A DNA stretch of 62,548 nt, the filler included. It is 6 parts of 6 records of this genome, joined end to end, with 100 filler letters (N's around TTAATTAATTAA, not from the genome) between each part and the next. Parts side by side here need not be neighbours in the genome. Positions count along the whole stretch, not along the records: positions 20,592 to 29,491 come from SRR31156797_29289; positions 29,592 to 40,631 come from SRR31156797_29296; 4 more parts are not named here. One strand, given 5' to 3'. The position numbers and the translations under genes are program-made. Below, one piece after another: positions 28,164 to 38,302 of this stretch; position 1 is the stretch's first letter; every line of letters starts with the position of its first letter. The notes beneath the pieces were generated by a model. It was not told the origin of the DNA. It saw only the letters and a list, made by a program, of their open reading frames with translations, and ran no database searches.

Positions 28164-29491
28164 ATGGGCATACTCTTATCTCTGGAGAAAATATCTCGAT
28201 CATACAACTCGGTTCCTGTGCTCAAGGATATAGACGCGGAGTTCCATTCCGGCGAAATCCACTCCCTCGTGGGAGAGAACGGGGCGGGAAAGACCACTCT
28301 TGTCCATATTATAAGCGGTGTTATCAAGCCTGACAACGGAATCATTCACATAAGAGGGAGGCACTGGTCCTCCCTTAACTACCAGAACGCCCTGCGCATG
28401 GGCATTATGATCGTCCGTCAGGAGCTGATGCTTCCCGACAAGTCGACTGTGGGAGAGTATCTCTTTCTGGGGCGGGAACCCTCGACCCTGGGCTTCATCC
28501 GTTACGGCAGAATGTACCGGGACGCGGAAGAGATCCTGGAAAGGCTCCGGCTGGACTTTCCGGTCCATAAGACCGTCGGCGAACTGAACCTGGCGGAGAA
28601 GAGGATGCTGGCCATAGCCCGGGCGGTTTATCAGAATCCCGAGGTCCTCATCCTGGATGAGGCGACCAACCTTTTCTCCCGGGCCGAGAGCGAACTGTTC
28701 AACCGCCTGATCCGTATCCTGAGGGACGAGGGGATGTGCATCATCCATATCAGCCATAAGCTGGATGAGGTCATGAACATTTCAGACAGGATCACCGTGC
28801 TCCGGGAGGGGAGACTGATCGTCAGCTCCCCCGCGTCCGAGCTGACGAGGAACGACGTCATCTCCCATATGGTGGGGAAGGAATTCGTCAACACATACTA
28901 CTGGAAGCCCCACTTCCCGGGAGGGGAGACTATCCTGGAGATCAGGGAGCTAAGAAAGGACAGGCGTCTGAAGGGGGTCTCTCTGAGCCTGAACGAGGGG
29001 GAGGTCCTGGGGCTGGCGGGGCTTGTCGGGTCGGGGCGCACGACCCTGGGACGCATCCTGTTCGGGCTGGACCGCCCGGACGGAGGCGAGATCCTGTACA
29101 AGGGAGAGCCCGTTGCTTTCGACTCGCCCCGGAGGGCCCTCCAGATGGGGCTCGGCTACATATCCGAGGACAGGCACAGCTTCGGTGTGATGCCCGAACA
29201 GTCCATGGCCTTCAATCTGACGGTCAATATCCTGAAGAAGATCAGCCGCTTCATGCTTATCCGGAAGAAGAAGGAGAGGGCCGCCGTCTCCGACGCCATG
29301 GAGCGTTTCCTTCTGCGCCGTTTCGATCCGGGGCAGAAGGTGAAGACCCTGAGCGGAGGGACCCAGCAGAAGGTGGCCTTCGCTCGATGCACCGGGAACA
29401 AACCGGATGTCCTCATAGTGGATGAACCGGCCCGGGACGTGGATATGGAGGGGCAGAGAGAGATCTTTTCCATCATCAACAACCTGGCGGG
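28164..29491 (+). CDS. RbsA-like sugar ABC ATPase, 3' truncated by the gap
   Basis: GENGAGKTT, ILDEAT, LSGGTQQK, VDEPARDVD. Confidence 0.88.
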
Positions 29492-29591
29492 NNNNNNNNN
29501 NNNNNNNNNNNNNNNNNNNNNNNNNNNNNNNNNNNTTAATTAATTAANNNNNNNNNNNNNNNNNNNNNNNNNNNNNNNNNNNNNNNNNNNN
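29492..29591. other. Artificial contig-joining spacer
   Basis: N44-TTAATTAATTAA-N44. Confidence 0.98.
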
Positions 29592-30986
29592 GGCCGCCAC
29601 TATGAAAAAGACGGGTATGTGGAACATAGTGAAACCGGTAAAACGGTTGACGACCGGGAAAACAACTACGGCAAGCTGGTGCTTCGGTACACCCCGAGTT
29701 CAGACCTGGATATCTCTTTCATCAATTCCATGCTCAAGTATGATGACGGCGCCGCCTCCATGAATTATGCAAACATGCCCGGGCGCAAGGTATCTTCCGG
29801 ACTTGACGGGTATAACAAGTCCCGGTCTTTCATGTCCGTCGTGAAAGTTAAATATGATTTTGGCCCGGATACCGGTATGGAATCCATCACATCCCTTCGG
29901 GATTATGATGTCGACACGCGTCAGGATTGGGATTTCAGTCCGGCCGTGGGGTATCATGTTGACCGGAAGGGCAACAATAAAACCCTGGCCCAGGAGCTGA
30001 GGTTCCATTCCCGCATCAATGATAAATTCAAGTATACCACCGGTCTTTATCTGGAAAAGAACGATGATGAGCTGTGGGTCGGCACCAACTATTACACGAT
30101 TTCAACGGACTTCAAAAACAAGGCCCTTGGGCTTTTCGGTCATGGCACCTACCAGGCGACCGAGGACCTGGCATTGATCGGCGGGCTCAGGTACGACAAG
30201 GAAACCAAAGAGATCGAGGACAAGGCCCGGAATATTGACGAAAGCGAATCCTTTGATGCCCTGTCACCGAAAATTGCCGTGCAGTACAAGATCCTGCCCG
30301 GTATCATGACCTGGGCAAGCGCATCAAAAGGATACCGGTCCGGGGGATTCAGCACGTTTATTGTGGAAGGCGAAGCCCACCCCTTTGATGAAGAGCAGCT
30401 CTGGTCCTATGAGGTCGGAATGAAGAACAGCCTGTTCAATAACCGGTTAAGCATCAATGCCAGCCTGTACTATATGGATATTGACGATATGCAGGTTCAG
30501 CAGCCCCTGGGGCCGGAAATGGAGATCACCACCAATGCGGCAAAAGCCACGTCCAAAGGGATCGAACTTGAACTGAACGCCCAGGTCACGGATGCCCTGA
30601 GACTTTTTGCCGGCGCAGGGTATAATGACATTAAATTTGATTCTTTCAGTGATGTGAACGGCGACTATGAAGGTAACAGGGTGCCTTTTGCTCCCAAGTA
30701 CAATTACAACATCGGGGGCCAGTACAGGAACCTGTTCGGTATTTACGGGCGCATGGAAGTGGCCGGTTACGGGGATATGTATTTTGACAAGGAAAACCGG
30801 TATAAACGGGATGCCTATACCCTTGTCAATGCCAAGGTGGGATATGAAACCGATTATCTGGATTGTTATATCTATGCCAAGAATCTTTTTGATGAAACAT
30901 ATGATTCCGACGGCTATTACAACGGATTTTATACCATCTATTCCCCACCCCGTGAAATCGGCGTTCAGGTCGTTTTAAGGTTTTAA
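29592..30986 (+). CDS. TonB-dependent outer-membrane receptor (FyuA-like), 5' truncated
   Basis: Frame is open from the gap; beta-barrel motifs QELRF, GLRYD, KGYRSGGF, YEVGMK, NLFDETY; terminal Phe. Confidence 0.92.
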   Translation, partial: GRHYEKDGYVEHSETGKTVDDRENNYGKLVLRYTPSSDLDISFINSMLKYDDGAASMNYANMPGRKVSSGLDGYNKSRSFMSVVKVKYDFGPDTGMESITSLRDYDVDTRQDWDFSPAVGYHVDRKGNNKTLAQELRFHSRINDKFKYTTGLYLEKNDDELWVGTNYYTISTDFKNKALGLFGHGTYQATEDLALIGGLRYDKETKEIEDKARNIDESESFDALSPKIAVQYKILPGIMTWASASKGYRSGGFSTFIVEGEAHPFDEEQLWSYEVGMKNSLFNNRLSINASLYYMDIDDMQVQQPLGPEMEITTNAAKATSKGIELELNAQVTDALRLFAGAGYNDIKFDSFSDVNGDYEGNRVPFAPKYNYNIGGQYRNLFGIYGRMEVAGYGDMYFDKENRYKRDAYTLVNAKVGYETDYLDCYIYAKNLFDETYDSDGYYNGFYTIYSPPREIGVQVVLRF

Positions 30987-31000
30987 CTCCATTTAACAGA

Positions 31001-31033
31001 CAGGTTCCGGAGATCCGGGATTTCCGGAACCTG
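31001..31033 (+). terminator. Intercistronic hairpin after the receptor gene
   Basis: CAGGTTCCGGA...TCCGGAACCTG 11-bp stem. Confidence 0.65.
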
Positions 31034-31046
31034 AAAAGGACATTTC

Positions 31047-31670
31047 ATGAGCAACGTCAGTTTGATCGTCTATTCCGGGAAATCCGGAGCCACCCAGGCA
31101 GCGGCAACGGCCATTTCCCAGGCCATGGAAAAACAGAACATTCCTGCCCGGTGTGTCCCTGTTTCTGAAATTACCGATATTGCGGGGGTAGACCGCGTTA
31201 TTATCGGGACACCGATTTACTATGGGAAATGCCCCCCTGATATACTACGGTTTCTCAGCCGTTATGAAACCGAATTGTCAAAGATAAGGCTTCTCATGTT
31301 TTTTACCTGCATGCGACTGACCCACACCGGGGAGGAAATCTGTGACATTGAAGATCTCTATATTGATCCCCAGCTGCGGGAACCTTTCAAACCCTTTGAA
31401 AAGATGGGAATGATGGAAAAAAGCCATTCCGTGGGCCATTATCTGGACCAGCTCGGGCCCGAATTCAATCGGATCAGGGTCTCCGGCCTGGCCTTTTTTA
31501 AGGGCAACCTGAATCTGGGGATCCTGGATTTTAAGAGCCGGTTGGTGATGAAAATCATGTGTTATTTGATGAAACAGGTGTCTGAAGGTGAATTCCTGAA
31601 TCATGAAACGGCCGGCAAGTGGGCCCTGTCCCGGATGGGAGAAATTTCATCCCCCAAAGAGGGCTGCTGA
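31047..31670 (+). CDS. Flavodoxin-domain protein (HemG-like fold)
   Basis: IVYSGKSGAT, IIGTPIYYG, FFTC flavodoxin motifs. Confidence 0.8.
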   Translation: MSNVSLIVYSGKSGATQAAATAISQAMEKQNIPARCVPVSEITDIAGVDRVIIGTPIYYGKCPPDILRFLSRYETELSKIRLLMFFTCMRLTHTGEEICDIEDLYIDPQLREPFKPFEKMGMMEKSHSVGHYLDQLGPEFNRIRVSGLAFFKGNLNLGILDFKSRLVMKIMCYLMKQVSEGEFLNHETAGKWALSRMGEISSPKEGC

Positions 31671-31731
31671 AATTACTATGCCGGTATTATTTCTGTTGAA
31701 TCCTGTGTAAATCTAAAATATATATCCATCC

Positions 31732-32178
31732 ATGGATGAATTAAAACAACACACCCTTGAAACCTTTCAGCTGTTTCTCAACAAGTATGATCTTGTCAGC
31801 AAAAAGGCTTTTGATTTTAACGGCGTCACCCTCTTTCCCGCGGAAATTCATACCCTGGATTTTATCCGCCGCCGCGGGGTCACCTATGTTTCACAGATTG
31901 CAAAGGAAACCGGCATTACCCGGGGAGCCGCCTCCAAGGTGACCCTGCGGTTAAAAAACAAGGGGCTGATAACCCAAACCCCGGACCGCCGAAATAAATC
32001 TCGCCAATTGTTGAAAACCACATCAAGGGGCGAGGGGGCCTGCAAGGCCCATGGGGCCCACCATGAAAAACTGGATCGCCAGTTCCATGCCTTTTTTGAA
32101 GCCCTTGATACCGGACAGATGGAAACCGTAAATTCCCTGTTTAAGATGATGGATACCTGGATGGACAATTACCTGTAA
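31732..32178 (+). CDS. MarR family regulator
   Basis: EIHTL...VSQIAKETGITRGAASK...L..KGLI winged HTH. Confidence 0.9.
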   Translation: MDELKQHTLETFQLFLNKYDLVSKKAFDFNGVTLFPAEIHTLDFIRRRGVTYVSQIAKETGITRGAASKVTLRLKNKGLITQTPDRRNKSRQLLKTTSRGEGACKAHGAHHEKLDRQFHAFFEALDTGQMETVNSLFKMMDTWMDNYL

Positions 32179-32230
32179 TATTCAATCCAATCCATTACAA
32201 CAGGGACCAGATGAGTAAGGAGGCGTTTGT

Positions 32231-32734
32231 ATGTCAGTAAAGGAAGTTCTCATGATCGGGAATGATGAGCTGAGAAAAATATCAGAAGCGGTCGACTTCA
32301 ACGTCGACCCTGTCAAGCAGTACATCGAGGACTTGAGAGACTCCTTATATGACTGTCAGGAGAAAAAGCGGATCGGCCGGGCCATCGCCGGACCGCAGAT
32401 AGGGTATCTCAAAAGAATTATCTATATGGAAACGAGTGAAAAGAAGGTTGTCATGATCAATCCTCAGATTGTCATGAAAACGCCTGAAACATTCGAAGTC
32501 TGGGACAGCTGCTTCAGTGCGGATGTGGCTTTTTTCGGTAAGACCGCCCGCCATTCAGGTATTACCGTGGAATACCTGAATGAAGAACAGGAAAAGGTAA
32601 CGGAAACGTTCAACGGTGATTTGTCAGAGTTGTTTCAGCATGAAATCGATCATTTGGACGGAATCCTTTTTACAGATCGCATTGTGGACAATCAGATCAT
32701 GATGCGGAGCGAGTGGGAAAGGCGATCCCGGTAA
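32231..32734 (+). CDS. def: Peptide deformylase (divergent)
   Basis: GRAIAGPQIG, DSCFS, QHEIDHLDGIL. Confidence 0.85.
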   Translation: MSVKEVLMIGNDELRKISEAVDFNVDPVKQYIEDLRDSLYDCQEKKRIGRAIAGPQIGYLKRIIYMETSEKKVVMINPQIVMKTPETFEVWDSCFSADVAFFGKTARHSGITVEYLNEEQEKVTETFNGDLSELFQHEIDHLDGILFTDRIVDNQIMMRSEWERRSR

Positions 32735-32754
32735 ACCGGCGTATGTAACGGGGG

Positions 32755-33657
32755 TCATTCGTCCGAAGCGATTTCCAGCGTGATGGCGCTGTCTTCAACG
32801 CAGGCCAGTGATCCCCGGTCCTGTCCCTCTTCAAGGTAATCGATAAAGGCTTCGACCTCCTTAAGCAGGGGCTCATGCTTTTTTATGTGGCAGCCACGTA
32901 CGAGATAATCGGTGTTCATGTGAAAATCGGTATACTCGGTCAGTTTTTGGGTGAGAAGGTCGGCTTCGTAGTAAGCTTCCTTACAGGCGACTTCAATGGT
33001 CCGTTTTTTGAACGGTGTCAGCCAGCTGGTGGTGATGTCGGCCACGATGGCGTCTTCAAGCTCAAAGCTGAGAACGGCGTTGTCTTCGTGCTGGTTGTGA
33101 ATCTTGCGTGATTTGAAGATGGATTTATCCACGACTTTGCGGTTGGTAATAAACCGGATCAGGTCAATGTCATGGACGGATAGATCGGTCAGGACCCCCA
33201 CATCGGCAATCCGGTGGGGGAACGGTCCCACGCGTTTGATGGACACCGAATAGATCTCCTTATCCTTGAGTTCTTCTTTCAACGCCTGTACCACCGGATT
33301 GAACCGCTCCACATGACCGACGCAGCTTTTCAATCCCCTGGCTTCAACCGCGTCTTTGATGATCCGGGCATCTTCGACCGTGGAGGCCGCGGGCTTTTCA
33401 ATGAATACATTGACATTGCTGTCAATACACTTCAGGGCAATCTCCTTGTGTAAATAGGTCGGGGTGGCGATAATGGCGGCATCGGGCCTGGCCGTATCCA
33501 GCATGGTGTCGACATCGGTATAGAAAGGCTCGTCAAAGTTGTCGTTTTCAACCACGTCACACAGGGCGCAGAGGTCGATTCGTCCATTGAGCTTTTTCAA
33601 AATACGGTAGTGGTTGCGGCCCATGGAACCCAAGCCGATCAGAGCTATTTTAGCCAT
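32755..33657 (-). CDS. Gfo/Idh/MocA oxidoreductase, probable UDP-GlcNAc 3-dehydrogenase (GnnA/WbpB-like)
   Basis: GLGSMG, EKP, GHVERFNP, DLSVHDID; coupled to lpxB. Confidence 0.8.
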   Translation of the reverse strand: MAKIALIGLGSMGRNHYRILKKLNGRIDLCALCDVVENDNFDEPFYTDVDTMLDTARPDAAIIATPTYLHKEIALKCIDSNVNVFIEKPAASTVEDARIIKDAVEARGLKSCVGHVERFNPVVQALKEELKDKEIYSVSIKRVGPFPHRIADVGVLTDLSVHDIDLIRFITNRKVVDKSIFKSRKIHNQHEDNAVLSFELEDAIVADITTSWLTPFKKRTIEVACKEAYYEADLLTQKLTEYTDFHMNTDYLVRGCHIKKHEPLLKEVEAFIDYLEEGQDRGSLACVEDSAITLEIASDE

Positions 33658-34735
33658 TGTGTTTACTCCTTGATCGTTTCAACAATATGTCATTTCGATC
33701 TTCTATGAGTTGTGCCATGCGCCCGGCGCTGCCGTGCTGTAAATAGCCCCTCAGTTTCAGGGCGTTTTCGAAAAAACGCGCTTTATCCATGGTGTTGTAA
33801 GCATGCAGCAGGTTTTCGGCCGTAACGTCGTTTTGCAGGAATTCAGGGTGCAGCGGCGTTCCGTTGAATTTTTCAAACATGATATTGCTCAGCCCGATAT
33901 GTTCGACTTTTACAAATTTACTGGCAATGAAATAATCGATGGGCTTGGCAATATAGCTCAGTATGAACGGAATGCCGATGAGCGCCGCCTCCAACGTTGC
34001 GGTTCCGCTGCAGATAAATGCAAAGTCGCATTCATAGAGCGTTTCATGGGCATTGTGAACGGTTTTGAATCCTTCCACATTACCGTACAAGGTGTTGATG
34101 GCTTCCGTGTCGAAGTGCGGAGGGACGACGAGATACGCCTCTGCGTCCAGCCGGGTTCTCAGTGCCTTGTAAACCGGCATCAGCCTTTTGATTTCGCTGG
34201 CTCGGCTGCCGGGCATAAAGGCAATTTTTTTGGTATGGGTCAGGCCGTCTTTGTAGTGTGTGATTTCATCTAACAGGGGATGCCCCACGTATGTAATCGG
34301 TGCGTTTTTAGAGTAGAAGTTCGGTTCAAAGGGCAAAATGGAGGCTAATGTATCAATGGTGCGCTCCAGTACGGGAATCCGTTTTTTTTTCCACGCCCAT
34401 GCCTGGGGCAGAATGTAGTAGATAATTTCCTTGTCCGGGTAGCGTTTCCTGATTTTTTTTGCAAGGGGCAGGTTAAACCCGGATGAATCGATAAGCAGTA
34501 CCTTGTCCGCATCCCCGGCCAATTCAGCCAACTGATTGCTCAGTTTTAAAAAAAACGGTAGCTTTTTCAGGGCATCGACAAACCCCATGATGGCCAAAGC
34601 GCTGAGGTCATAGAGCGGCGTTCCCAATGATTTATCGAAAACGCCGACAAGTTCAACATGGTCGCTCAGCTCTTTTGTTAAAGCTTTCAGGTGATTGTTG
34701 GCAGAATGTTCCAGAGCGCTTACAAGCAGTTTCAC
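33650..34735 (-). CDS. lpxB: Lipid-A-disaccharide synthase
   Basis: MGF, IDSSGFN, YILPQAWAWK, ILPFE, YVGHPL, MPGSR, SGTATLE. Confidence 0.93.
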   Translation of the reverse strand: MKLLVSALEHSANNHLKALTKELSDHVELVGVFDKSLGTPLYDLSALAIMGFVDALKKLPFFLKLSNQLAELAGDADKVLLIDSSGFNLPLAKKIRKRYPDKEIIYYILPQAWAWKKKRIPVLERTIDTLASILPFEPNFYSKNAPITYVGHPLLDEITHYKDGLTHTKKIAFMPGSRASEIKRLMPVYKALRTRLDAEAYLVVPPHFDTEAINTLYGNVEGFKTVHNAHETLYECDFAFICSGTATLEAALIGIPFILSYIAKPIDYFIASKFVKVEHIGLSNIMFEKFNGTPLHPEFLQNDVTAENLLHAYNTMDKARFFENALKLRGYLQHGSAGRMAQLIEDRNDILLKRSRSKHNG

Positions 34736-35077
34736 GAGTTGTCCGTCTCCTTCGGTGTGGATGTCATGTTATGCGTTTCAGGCGGTGTGTCATTATCGTG
34801 TGGTGGCTCAGATCTCCAGCTTGTTTATATAAAAGCGGTTCGACTACTCTTTGTTCAAAAGCCCGACGCAAATCTGCAATGCGTTTGGCTGTAAAGTGGT
34901 TCCTGTACATATGAAGCGGATGAAAAATGCTAATGTTAAGGTATAGGATAGGTAAAAGTTGTTTGTCAATAGAAGTGTGGAAAAGTAGAAAAAAATATAC
35001 ACGATAGAAAGCCGGGAACAGCCCGAATCACTGAGGATCGAGGCGCATTAGTTCCCGGCTGAAGGGCATAAGCAGCA

Positions 35078-35440
35078 TCACCACAGGGTGATGAGCATTT
35101 TTCCTTCCTTGTTCCGGTGTCTCACCTTTTCCAGGTGGTGGAGGGTCGCAATTTCCCGTTTCAGATCAAAAATCGCTATTTCCAGGGCCTCGGCCATGAC
35201 CGGGAGCTCCATGCCGCCGTTGTTCCGCTTCAACAGGCCGAGTATCCTTGCCTGGGTCTCGTTGATCGCTGCGATGGAGCCCGTTTCCCTGACAAAGTTT
35301 TTGGCGCTGCGGCTGGCCCATGGATCGCAGTTGCGGGCCGGGGAAAGGGCGTCCATGTAGCACTCCTCGCAAAGGAGACTGCCGTTGTGTTTGTGAAGAT
35401 CTTCTTTTTTGGCCGGTTGGTTGCATCTGTCACACTGCAT
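35078..35440 (-). CDS. Conserved small protein: Zn-ribbon (CxxC...CxxC, CDPWA) plus winged-helix C-terminus
   Basis: ATG 35440 follows AGGAGG; MQCDRC...LCEECYMDALSPARNCDPWA; C-terminal ...LKREIATLHHLEKVR. Confidence 0.75.
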   Translation of the reverse strand: MQCDRCNQPAKKEDLHKHNGSLLCEECYMDALSPARNCDPWASRSAKNFVRETGSIAAINETQARILGLLKRNNGGMELPVMAEALEIAIFDLKREIATLHHLEKVRHRNKEGKMLITLW

Positions 35441-35609
35441 GGGATACCTCCTGGTGTCGGGGTTGTCGGTTGCGGCAGCCAGGGTGCCAGGCATGGGTGC
35501 CGCCCTGTTTTTCCTTGATTCCGAGAGGGTTTGGGGCTATCCTCCAGCCCATGTTTATGAATTGCTGAAGTAAGAAAGTCAAAAAGTAAAGAAAGCAAAA
35601 AAGGATACC

Positions 35610-36455
35610 ATGAAATATATAGGCGCCCACGTAAGTGCGGCAGGGGGCGTTGAGAACGCCCCGAAAAACGCCCATGATATCGGGGCAACCGCCTTTGCCC
35701 TGTTTACCAAGAATCAGCGCCGGTGGCAGGCAAAGCCCCTGACCCCGGAGAACATCCTGGGGTTTAAAACGGCCTGCGACACCTACGGCTATGGTCCCGG
35801 GCAGATTCTGGCCCACGACAGCTACCTGATCAACCTTGGCCACCCTGAAACGGAGGGCCTTGCAAAGTCAAGGGACGCCTTTGTGGATGAGATGGAACGG
35901 TGCGAGCAGCTGGGCCTTGGATCCCTCAACTTTCATCCGGGAAGCCACCTTGGAAAGAGTGAGCTGGACACCTGCCTTGCAACCATTGCCGACTCCATCA
36001 ACATTGCCCTGGACAAGACCCGGGGCGTCACTGCCGTTATCGAGAACACCGCGGGCCAGGGAACCAATGTGGGATTTGATTTTTCCCATATTGCGGCGAT
36101 CATCGACCGGGTGGAGGACAAGACCCGGGTCGGGGTATGCATCGATACCTGCCATGCCTTTTCAGCCGGCTACGACCTCAAGACCGAAGAGGGGTTTGAA
36201 GCCACCTGGCAGGCGTTTGACGCGGCCATCGGGCTGAATTATCTAAAGGGCATGCACCTTAACGACTCCAAAAAGGACAGGGGCTCCAGGGTTGACCGCC
36301 ACGAGAGCCTTGGCCGCGGTACCCTGGGCATGGCCGTGTTCGAGAGGATCATGAAGGATGAGCGGTTCGACAACATCCCCCTGATCCTTGAAACCCCGGA
36401 TCCCTCCATCTGGCCAAGTGAGATCCGGCAGCTCAAGGAGTTCCACGGCGCCTAA
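35610..36455 (+). CDS. nfo: Endonuclease IV (AP endonuclease)
   Basis: [43 protein letters not shown]. Confidence 0.96.
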   Translation: MKYIGAHVSAAGGVENAPKNAHDIGATAFALFTKNQRRWQAKPLTPENILGFKTACDTYGYGPGQILAHDSYLINLGHPETEGLAKSRDAFVDEMERCEQLGLGSLNFHPGSHLGKSELDTCLATIADSINIALDKTRGVTAVIENTAGQGTNVGFDFSHIAAIIDRVEDKTRVGVCIDTCHAFSAGYDLKTEEGFEATWQAFDAAIGLNYLKGMHLNDSKKDRGSRVDRHESLGRGTLGMAVFERIMKDERFDNIPLILETPDPSIWPSEIRQLKEFHGA

Positions 36456-38002
36456 TCCTTGTACTTTTCCCGGATGGCCATGAGCTTGTCCCGGTTCCTT
36501 TTGTAGGCCGCCACAACATCCGGATCAAAGAGCTTTCCGGTTTGCTCGCTGACAAAGTGTTCAACCTTGCTGACGGACCATGCCTTCTTGTAGACGCGGT
36601 CCGTCAGCAGGGCGTCAAAGACGTCCGCAAAGCAGGTGATCCGGCCCGACAGGGGAATCTTGTCTTTGGCAAGCCTTCTGGGGTAGCCCGTACCGTCCCA
36701 GCGTTCGTGGTGGCTGTAGGCGATGATGGCCGCGGTTTTGAGCAGTTCCCGGTCGGACCCCTTGAGGATGCGGTAGCCGATATAGGCGTGGGTCTTCATC
36801 ATGGCAAACTCGTCGTCGTTCAGGTGGCCGGGTTTGAGGAGAATGGCGTCCGGGATGCCGATCTTGCCGATGTCATGCATGGGCGAGGCCATCTTGAGAA
36901 GGTCTGTCTCCTCTTCGGAAAGTCCCATACCCCTGGCAATAATCCCGATATACTCGGCGACCCTTACCACATGGAAGGCGGTCTCCTTGGAGCGGCTTTC
37001 CACAACTTCCCCCAGGCGCTGGATCACTTCTTTCTGGGTGTCGATGATCTCCTGGTTCAGGTAGACGTTGTCAAAGGCGATCCCCACATTGGTGGTGAAG
37101 ATTTTCAAGAGATCGAGATCCTGCTCCTCTTGTTTCTCCCCGCAGTTTTCCAGATAGATGATGTGCTGCTTGTTCTTCCGGGTCGGGAAGTAGCCCACAT
37201 AGTCGTCGTCGTAGAACCGGCTGCTCTCTTCCGCTGCCACCTCTCGGATCCTGGATTTTACCTCAGGCTTGATGGGAAGGTGAGGGGGACCGGTGCCGTT
37301 GTCGGAAAATTTCCCGGTGGTGGCGATGATCTCCAGCTTACCGTCGCGACCCTGGGCGGCGGTGAATCCCCCCCGCTCCATGAAGATGGAGTCCTGAAGT
37401 CCCATAAGGGCCATGATCTGGGTGAGCACCCCCTTGGCCAGCTTTTTGATGGAATTCTGCTTGAACAGGCTGCCGGATGCGTCGATGATGTATTTCAGGC
37501 CGGTCCTGTTCTTGTCGATGGCTGTCAGGTCCCGGTAGGATCTCAGGGCGGTGTATAGGGCGGTGAACAGCCGCTGCACCGTAAGCTCGGTCTTGTCTTT
37601 GTAATCGTTGATATCAAAGTCGGTGATCACCTTGCGTTCGGGCGCCTGGCCCGGCTGCCCGGTGCGGAGAACGATGCGGACCAGGTTGTTCTGCAGCTCC
37701 TCCCGGATCACCTTGACTGCGTCCAGGCCCGCGCTGTTGGTCTCCATCACCACATCCAGGAGGATGACGGCGATGTCCCTGTGTTCTCTCATTACCGCCA
37801 GGGCTTCGGCCCCGGAATAGGCGCTGATAAACTCCAGGCCCCGGCCCTCAAACTCAAAGTCCCCCAGCACCAGGCGGGTGGTGGCATGGACCTCGTCTTC
37901 ATCGTCAGCGATCAGAATCTTCCAGCCGGGCGCCTTTGGTTTCCGTAAATCGCCACTCCTCTCCTCTTTAGGTTCATCTGCAAAGAGGCTGTCATCAATC
38001 AT
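36452..38002 (-). CDS. Response regulator with DUF3369-like middle domain and HD-GYP c-di-GMP phosphodiesterase
   Basis: REC (IADDE, LLDVVM, RTGQPG); [23 protein letters not shown]. Confidence 0.92.
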   Translation of the reverse strand: MIDDSLFADEPKEERSGDLRKPKAPGWKILIADDEDEVHATTRLVLGDFEFEGRGLEFISAYSGAEALAVMREHRDIAVILLDVVMETNSAGLDAVKVIREELQNNLVRIVLRTGQPGQAPERKVITDFDINDYKDKTELTVQRLFTALYTALRSYRDLTAIDKNRTGLKYIIDASGSLFKQNSIKKLAKGVLTQIMALMGLQDSIFMERGGFTAAQGRDGKLEIIATTGKFSDNGTGPPHLPIKPEVKSRIREVAAEESSRFYDDDYVGYFPTRKNKQHIIYLENCGEKQEEQDLDLLKIFTTNVGIAFDNVYLNQEIIDTQKEVIQRLGEVVESRSKETAFHVVRVAEYIGIIARGMGLSEEETDLLKMASPMHDIGKIGIPDAILLKPGHLNDDEFAMMKTHAYIGYRILKGSDRELLKTAAIIAYSHHERWDGTGYPRRLAKDKIPLSGRITCFADVFDALLTDRVYKKAWSVSKVEHFVSEQTGKLFDPDVVAAYKRNRDKLMAIREKYKD

Positions 38003-38302
38003 GTGATAGGTCCTTATGTTGATTGGTACAATAAAGAGCCGGGAGATTCGCGGGGTGGAACGATTTTTAGCGGGGCAGCAAAATGGGTCCCTGCCCAGGC
38101 CTTGGTCTTAACGTGAAAAGTAGATCCAGTAACTTAATTAGTACCAACATTTTAAGTGCGCCGCAAGGGAAAAAAACGGCGAGATAACAGTGGCTTTGAG
38201 GAAAATGACCTTGGGAGACGCCCGTGGGGCTGGCCGTTGCCATTGCATTTTGAACCCTGGGGGGGTATAGATGAAATATCTCTAAATCAAAAGGAATCGG
38301 TC

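Noticed and set aside
36542-37558. 338-aa plus-strand ORF
   Set aside because: Antisense shadow of the HD-GYP regulator.
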